A stretch of 64,000 nt of DNA from Eledone cirrhosa (taxonomy: Eukaryota). This document shows positions 56,030 to 64,000 of this stretch, piece after piece. Numbering within the stretch: the first letter of the stretch is position 1; each line of letters opens with the position of its first letter. Position numbers and translations under genes: made by a program. The DNA is taken from NCBI GenBank assembly GCA_964016885.1, contig OZ024740.1, positions 127,410,001 through 127,474,000 on the forward strand. The letters are read 5' to 3'. The notes under the pieces were generated by a model. The model searched no databases. It was not told where the DNA came from and saw only the letters and a program-made list of their open reading frames with translations.

Positions 56030-57130
56030 AGAATTCATGTTCCGGCCGTCGGTCTGACACTATGCGGGTGTATTACTATTGTTACTACACACTTTTCGCC
56101 ATCATTCCCTAAGGGGGCATTAAATAATAACACCCTCTGTCTAATGTGTTCCTTTTGAAACAAAGGTCCTGTACACACATCTACTAACGTAGATCGCAAC
56201 GTCTTGATACCTTTCACATTGAATCCAGGCATTTATCTGAGGCTTTTTGAAGCATAATAACGATTTGGTAGGCTTGAAATCCAAGCTATTGCAGATCTCT
56301 TCCTTATTGTAGATTTATAATCTCCAATAATTGGTACATGTTGATGGATATCCTCCACACTTAACCCAACCTCGATGCTCTAGTAGAGACTTAAATATTT
56401 CATTCTGCCCTGGGAGCTCGTCCCTTTCATTGAAGCAATCGTCATGGTGTAGCATCGCTGGACTGCTTCAGGTTCCAGAATTAATTTGATACAGTTAAAT
56501 AACCATAGCTGAGAACAAAAATTCAAGCTTTTGAAGTCAAATGTTCTCCATTGGATCAGCATGGTCATCCTGTGACTTGTTCTAAGTTACTTTGGAATCC
56601 ATCCGACTAGCCGTCTGCATATTGCCGCTATATTGATGAATGGAGTATGCAACAAAGTCTCAATGCATCTACCAATTCTCAGTTCACTCAATGATGTTGT
56701 GTCCAGACCTTTGATCACCCCTAGTCAAGCCTATGTTCGGTGTATTGAGAGTGTGATTGCAGGTTGATAGCGAATAGATTGGAATTGTTTTCGGCAAAAG
56801 CAGCATGATATTTTCTTCAGCCAATTCGTATACATCTATATCTCAGTGAAAAAGTTCAGAATGATTCTTGATTTCTCGTATCATCATCATAGCGAGTGAC
56901 GTGTCCAGCTATACAGCTGAGGTAATATGTGAGTGCAACTACAAAAAACATCCACAGTAAAATACATACCTATGGGAATCCAGACACTGCTGGAGTTTCA
57001 CCTGAGAGGTTGTCTTTTGTTTGTAACTACTTTGCCTTGAACTGAAAAATATGATAAATGTATTTAAGGAATTTTCATACATAAAATATATATGCCGTCT
57101 AAAGGTCCATGATGATAAGTAATCGAGGGG
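56030..57130 (-). pseudogene. Highly degenerate CR1-type RT/3' fragment
   Basis: CSQLW, EAVQRCYT..I.SMKG, RMKYLSLY, FQKEH..RVLLFNAP. Confidence 0.65.
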
Positions 57131-57187
57131 CTTATGTTATCACTGAAATGGATGTAATACTTTTCTTATTATTAGTAAAAAGGTTAT

Positions 57188-57378
57188 GGAAGTGAATTGG
57201 CATTATCAGTAGAGGGTGGATGCCATACTTTGCGGCCTAGTTTCAGCCATTTACGGTATGAGATCAAATCCCGCCATGGGAAATGTTGCCTTTGATCCTT
57301 ACGGGGTCGATAAAATAAAGTACCAAAAATACACTGTGATAATCGCTGGCTTTGTGCCAAAAGTAGAAACAATTATTA
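57188..57378 (+). mobile_element. tRNA-derived SINE (Octopus-type)
   Basis: GAGATCAAATCCCGCC, TTGCCTTTGATCCTTACGGGGTCGATAAAATAAAGTACC, GCTGGCTTTGTGCCAAAAGTAGAAACAATTATT. Confidence 0.85.
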
Positions 57379-57718
57379 GTGCAAATGTTGAACATTTGTT
57401 TTGAAACTGCTCTAAGCAACCGAAGTATATATATAGATTAGCAATGCCACGCAACCCAACCCCCTCGCCGGACCACCAACAAACTTTTCTTATCCTCAAC
57501 CTTCCATACATTTTACCGATGTAGCACTAACGTCTAATAAGTTGAAGCATTCATATTTCAACAAGCGTGAAACTAATATTTTGTTCAAATCTATCCGTGT
57601 TACTTGTCTTTTGATCTTAATACATGAATCTATATATTTATCTATTACTTTTCTATATATCTCCTTATCTCTTTCTTCCTCTCTCCCTCTCTCTCTCTTT
57701 CTCTCTTTCTCTCTCTCA

Positions 57719-57853
<135 letters not shown>

Positions 57854-57882
57854 AAAGAATAGAGGTGTAACACACAAGTTAT

Positions 57883-58363
57883 TATATATTGGTAAACGGA
57901 ATAGAAAATGCTGACAAATTGTTCACAGTTGAAAAATGGTTTAATTAGGAATAAAAGAGTATTAGTGATTGTATGGGTTAGTATTCAGTTGTGGTTTTAA
58001 GTTTTTAAGTTTTTACCGGTTGCGCATTTCTAAATGCTTTTCAAAAATAATTTTGAGATAGAGTGTCCGTGCTGTTTGCTCTGATCTGATTAGTTTTGGG
58101 AATTCTTCCTGTTTTTATGTTAAAAAGTGGCTCCAGCTTTATTTTTGTGTTGCACAAATGCTTGTGGTCAAAACAATTTTGATTGGTCAGTAGAGGTCAT
58201 GTGAATGTAAAAAGTTGATTTTGCGCCAAGACTGTTTTTATGTTAAAAAAGTGGCTCCAGCAAAAATTCTTGGTCAAAACAATTTTGATTGGTCGGTAGA
58301 GGTCATGTGGATAAAAAATTGGTTTTGCGCCAAGATTGAGAAATGACTCTTTCACAACAAATA

Positions 58364-58405
<42 letters not shown>

Positions 58406-58509
58406 TGTGTGTATATATGTGTGTGTGTGTGTGTGTGTAGTAGTAGTAGTAAGGTGTTCGATGCTGCGACAATGGCCAGCAGCGATGTGTGTCAAATGGC
58501 TATTAAGAT

Positions 58510-58578
<69 letters not shown>

Positions 58579-60208
58579 GCAGAGTAATTCGATGGTCAGT
58601 AAGAATGTGTCTGAAAGCAATGGGGGGTATTTTAGCATGTCAAAAGATATTTTTCTGCTTTTGTCTTATACGGAGAAGTGCGTGCGTGTGTGTGTGTGTG
58701 TGTGTGTATAAGACTCTTTGTATGTTGATGTACGCGTGTGTATGTGTTTGTGTATATATATATATGTGTGTGTGTATGTGTGTGTGTGTGTGTGGGTGGA
58801 CCAGTATTTTTTTCCCCCTGGTAAAATGGTGTACATTATTCGATTTTTTCAGTAAAATCGGTTCTCTTAATATAACATGAAAAATCTTAACAATAAAAGG
58901 TGTGAAATGATATTCACTATACATATATACACATACATATATTCACTACATATATATATATATATATACATATATACATACATATATATGCACATATATT
59001 TCTTTGTATTGCACCATAGAGCATGTGTGTTTACGTGTGTTATTGTGTTTATATGTGGGTAGAGATGTGTGCTGATGTAGGTATGTATGTTGACGTGTGT
59101 ATGTTGTGGGTTCGTCTTAGGGAGAAGTGTTTAGACGGGGTCCGTATTTGTTAATGAAGTAAGATTCCTTGCTGATGCGCTGGGTGTGGGTGGCATTATC
59201 TTTAAATTGGTAGAGGGGAAAGATTCTGAAGTTGGGATGATTTTGGGCAGCACAGGTATCAATGTGTTCACTCAGTGGTATTTTCCTGTATTCCCGTATT
59301 TTAATTTAGGATCTATGGACAGTCATGCGTTGGCGGAGGCTGCTTTTGGTCTGGCCTATGTATTGTTCTCGACAACCTGAACAAGTTTATACATATATTA
59401 GATTTTCCGATGCACATGTGAAATTGTGTTTTACTATAAAACGTTGTCCATCTTTGAAATAGAATTCCGAACCCTCTATTAGGTTGATGCAAATGCCACA
59501 GTTGGGTCTATCGCATTTTTTTACTGTGGGTTTCGTTGTTGTGGTTGGCCGTACTTTGGCATGTGTTAAGATGTTTTTCATTGACTTGGATTGTCTTTTG
59601 CTCTTTATGATATCGTGTGTTCGTAGAATTTGGTTCATTCTATGGTCCTTTTTCAATACAGGGATGTTCTGGAGGATGGTGTCAAAGGCCTCATTGTTCA
59701 TTGTTGAGGGAGTTGTGTGTGGAGATGTATGGAAGAGCTTTTAGTTTTGGTTGATTTACTTTAGGGTGTCTAAGGTCCTGGGTACTGAGTTTTAGGGCAC
59801 GTTGGATTCCATTGTCAATTAGTGATGCAGGGTAGTCCCTGCCTATGAGTGTGTCCTTTAGTTCTTGTAGCCGCAAAATCAACTTTTTACATTCACATGA
59901 CCTCTATACCGACCAATTAAAATTGTTTTGACCACAAGCATTTTTGCAACACAAAAATAACGCTGGAGCCACTTTTTTAACATAAAAAACAGGTAGAATT
60001 CCCAAAACTAATCAGATCAGAGCAAACAGCACGGACACTCTATCTCAAAATTATTTTTGAAAAGCATTTAGAAATGCGCAACCGGTAAAAACTTAAAAAC
60101 TTAAAACCACAACTGAATACTAACCCATACAATCACTAATACTATTTTATTCCTAATTAAACCATTTTTCAACTGTGAACAATTTGTCAGCATTTTCTAT
60201 TCCGTTTA

Positions 60209-60218
<10 letters not shown>
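57883..60218 (-). mobile_element. 5'-truncated PLE (thumb, Cys linker, GIY-YIG at 59880-59150) with 3' pLTR and inverted 5' pLTR copy
   Basis: RLQELK.TLIGRDYP, KKCDRPNCGIC, FTCASENLIYV, CSGCREQYIGQT. 57883-58225 is the reverse complement of 59872-60218. Confidence 0.88.
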
Positions 60219-60282
<64 letters not shown>

Positions 60283-60715
60283 AATACATATATATATATA
60301 GAGAGAGAGAGAAAGACACTTTTTATATGAAATACTGATTGATTTTCCTTATATCCCATGTCTGATGTTTTAGCCTCAGAGAATAACTATGTGTGTATAT
60401 AGGTGGTCCATACATGTACTTATTATATTTTAATATCTCTATGTGTGCATCGATCGTGTATACATATATGTATTCTTTTAATATCCAATTGAGTTTTTAA
60501 ATGACGTGGTTATAATACCTAACAGGTTTAAATGAGCAGCGTGTATATTGTTTTATATTTTAAGATGACCTACCCTAACCCTCTTCGGGGCAGCGTGTAT
60601 CTTATCTTTATAAGGACTGCTGGCCTTTCGAATCTAGCAGTCTCTTTAGCGCTGAAGGAGGCCATCACTAATTTATTAATTTCGATGTAATTTTTATATC
60701 GATATTATTTGGGCA

Positions 60716-60839
60716 TCCACTGATGAGTTTATAAGAGCCCGCTTGTGTATAGGACTATTGATTATATACAAGTTTCTACATAACCTGGACATTATTTATC
60801 CCAAATTGTAGAAATCTTATAACGAAACGATCGTCTGGA
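60716..60839 (+). ncRNA. Type I hammerhead ribozyme with branched long stem II in ORF-less module ~60315-61017
   Basis: TCCA-CTGATGA-GTTTATAAGA...TCTTATAAC-GAAA-CGATCG-TC-TGGA. Canonical GUC site, palindromic stem III. Confidence 0.87.
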
Positions 60840-61018
60840 AGGAAAGAGATATTTATTTAATTATGTCTCAAATAAAATAATACAACCAGTTATCCACGAA
60901 ATACTGATTAGTTAGCACCCCAAACACTAAATTGGGAGAATTCTTAGGTAATCCTAATGTTTGTTGTGTGAGATGGAGTTGGGCAGAGTATCGCTTAAGA
61001 CTTTCTCTGTTAATGTAT

Positions 61019-61071
<53 letters not shown>

Positions 61072-61358
61072 AGAGGGAGAGAGAGAGAGAGAGAGACAGA
61101 AAGAGATAAATAGATAAATAGATAAATAGATAAATAAATAAATAAACAGATAGATAGATATATTATGATAAATATATATAATGTCGTAAATAAAATTCAA
61201 TTATATTTTATATGAGGTTTCTTATATTTAAATTCTCAATTGATACGGATTTAGAATTCCATATATTTAGAACCAATGTACTCAGTTGTCACGTACGTCA
61301 TTAAGTCGTTATGTCAGCGTTGAAGCTACATTACCTACTGGCTGTCGATTTCATGGTC

Positions 61359-61389
<31 letters not shown>

Positions 61390-62412
61390 GTTTATATATA
61401 TATATATAATTAGTTATTTTTAATTTAGTTAACCTATAGTTAGTACTTTACTACCTACAGAGAACTTCATAATTAGATGTATCATAATTAGATGTATCAT
61501 GCCTCCCTCTACTTAAACAAATCCCCCTGGGTAAATTAATAGTACTAGTTTGGTACAAGGATGGCTTAAGGACGAGGGCTGACTTCCCACTAGCACACCC
61601 GAAACCTAATATATATTCCTAGAGAGCTTGGAAAAATTGATTTCCATATCTTTCGCTGACACGCGGTTGGGATGGGCTGGCCGGAGCCTGCAGTCGCCGC
61701 ATGCTGTCTGACTGCTAAACAAGGACATAATCTTTACTCTATAATACAATTAAAGTTTCTTCATAAAAGACTTTTCTTTAAATAAATTTCGAAACTCAAA
61801 ACTTTAAAAATGTTAAACTATTTAATTTTCAATGTTCTAATTTTTTAATTTTATAATGTTAATCTTAAATTTTTTAATTTTTGTAACTTCATCCTATAAA
61901 TCTAAACAAAAATGTAACGTTCCAATCTTCTGCTCACACATTGTAACATTCAGACCCCCCACTATATTTACCTCTGTTATAATATATACCTCTGTTAGGA
62001 TACGGGTCCTTTAGAATACATTTTTTTCGCGGCATACCTGGCCTGACTGTAGCAGTACATCAGTACGGACTTTTCTTCCTCTTTCTTTCTGTCTTTCTTC
62101 TTGTAGCTTGACACTAACGCTGACTTTTCTTCTTCTTCCTTTTCTTCTTCTTTCTTTTTGTCTTTTTTCTTGTAGCGTGATATTAACGCTGACTCGTCTT
62201 CCTCTTCCTTTCTGTTTTTCTTCTATTTGACCGAGAGGGTAGTGGCACACTATAAGGTTTGGCCCCCTCACCAGATGGCCTCAAATAGACCGAATAGCCA
62301 GCACTTGAGGGCGACCGACTAAAGTGGAGGCTGCTATATGGTCGGTCGTCCTCGGATCTATGATTTTCAGCCCCATGGATTTTATCTATTACATTCATTT
62401 ATTATATTTCGA

Positions 62413-62470
62413 ATACCTGACGATATCATCGGGTTCATACGGAACCCGGTCATTGAAATGATCATAGTAT
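62413..62470 (+). ncRNA. Type I hammerhead ribozyme in ORF-less module ~61410-62665
   Basis: ATAC-CTGACGA-t-ATcATCGGGTTC(atacg)GAACCCGGTcAT-t-GAAA-TGATCA-TA-GTAT then AATAAA. Confidence 0.85.
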
Positions 62471-62662
62471 AATAAACCTTTCAAGGATTTACACAAGTCC
62501 AGCCTCCTGTTATTTTATTATGATATTTAACTCCGTACTAGCACCACCAACTACAAAAACGAAGACGGTTGAACTGCTTTACGTTGACTAATCTCCATAT
62601 TATTACATTAAGATTGAAAATACGGAATTGACCAGCTCCATCCAGTGGTGAACCTTCAAACC

Positions 62663-62711
<49 letters not shown>

Positions 62712-62876
62712 ACAAAGAATCAGTGTTGCTTCATACACAGATGTAACATGCAATTAGATATGTATATGATGCATTCCCTTATATATTATTATTATAGTTA
62801 CTCTGCTGCTCCTCAAATGCATAGTGTGCCCATTTGGCATACCGCCTACGGACGGGTTTTATTTGCAGCTTTAATA

Positions 62877-62957
<81 letters not shown>

Positions 62958-63134
62958 ATATTTATACTTATATATAAACTATATATAGTTATAAACAGGA
63001 AAGGGCAGTATTTTTTTATTTTTTACCACCTTTTACCAGTATGTTAAAAATAGCTCAACGTAAATACATAAGATGCTTTACAGAGCAGGAATATAAAGTT
63101 CGAAACAACCAAAACTGTGTTCAATTCACTTCAT

Positions 63135-63181
63135 TGCTAACAATCGTTTCTTCCAAACAGCCTTTTGGAGTCATCGGAACA
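63135..63181 (-). ncRNA. Variant hammerhead motif (CCGATGA core)
   Basis: TGTT-CCGATGA-c-TCCAAA(aggctg)TTTGGA-a-GAAA-CGATTG-TT-AGCA. Confidence 0.6.
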
Positions 63182-63392
63182 TTGGCAAAGTTTAAACATA
63201 TAATTAACCTCCTATTATACAGATCAATCATAAAGATATATTGATATTATTGTTGCTATCAACAATGTCATATTTAAAGAGAGTGAAGATGTTGTAGTCA
63301 GTAGCAATGGGTATAATAAAGATTATAAAATAATTATAAAAGTAATTTACTCGCAAAGGAGGACATTATTGGTACATAGGCATATATACAGT

Positions 63393-63575
63393 AATAATTG
63401 TTTCTATTTTAGGCACAAGGCCAGCAATTACCCAGTACATTACTGGTACTTTATTTTATCGAACCTGTAAGTATGAAAGTCAAACCTAACCTCGGCAGCA
63501 TTCGAACTACAATCGGAAAAAAGCGTAGTCCTATGCCATAAAGGATGTTGTCCGACGCTCTACCGATATTGCCAA
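63393..63575 (-). mobile_element. tRNA-derived SINE (Octopus-type), degenerate
   Basis: TGGCAATATCGGTAGAGCG A box, GTTCGAATGC B box, TCGATAAAATAAAGTACC, AATTGCTGGCCTTGTGCC. Confidence 0.75.
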
Positions 63576-64000
63576 TGATCATATTATTTATAATGATGAT
63601 GAAATTAGGTATGAAGATAACAGTGAATGCTTTGTGGGTAGGGATAATAATAGTAATATTATAACTGAATAGCTGATATCCTCGGGTGCATAGCGCGTAT
63701 ATATCTAGTTTTTTTCTTCTTTCTAACGTGAACTCTATTTTAAACAAATGCTTCAAATTTGGAAATCATCATCTCAAACAGAAAATTAGTTGTTTTTTTT
63801 TCGAAAACAGGCTTGGTTTTAAACTTTTGCAATACGATAAAGGCTTTGGTGCTGCAAAGGAAATTTTCAAAATGTTTTTCTCCAAATCCGACAGGATCAA
63901 TTTTCGTGTTATTTAGCCTCAGGCAATCCCGAATCACAGTGATCTTTGATCAATGGTATTTCTGTTGTAACCATACCGTCTATCTTTTAAATTGTATTTA

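Noticed and set aside
57905-57950. CTGACAA...GAAA hammerhead-like motif in pLTR; similar weak cases near 2960(-), 18027(-), 44503(-) and 55029(+)
   Set aside because: Core substitutions or missing stem I/III leave them too degenerate to call individually.
62060-62220. Spaced direct repeats resembling a CRISPR array
   Set aside because: The spacers are homologous low-complexity pyrimidine tracts, the context is eukaryotic and there are no cas genes.
62300-62355. AAAGTGGAGG resembling a twister ribozyme segment
   Set aside because: I could not build the twister pseudoknots or P1. Kept only as a hairpin.

Overview
AT-rich, microsatellite-saturated eukaryotic DNA with no recognisable host gene. 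A recurrent tRNA-derived SINE closely resembles the common Octopus SINE, so a cephalopod origin is likely (inference). The window is a stack of transposon relics: a Helitron helicase end with two Helitron 3' termini, three L1/Tx1-type LINE pieces, CR1- and RTE-type fragments, about eight Penelope-like elements (PLEs; one with a 754-aa uninterrupted RT+GIY-YIG ORF, one forming a 5.9-kb foldback), and a Myb/SANT remnant missed by the ORF track. The main unannotated signal is RNA structure. Reading both strands by eye I find 13 well-formed and about 10 degenerate minimal type I hammerhead ribozyme motifs. Their stem III is nearly always a palindrome of varying sequence, the base of stem II is often a U.U or C.A mismatch, and several are followed by AATAAA. 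They sit in PLE terminal repeats and in ORF-less, (TA)n-flanked retrozyme-like modules, some of which are fused to internal fragments of unrelated LINEs, suggesting PLE-driven capture of other RNAs. All folds and identities were done by eye and need computational confirmation.
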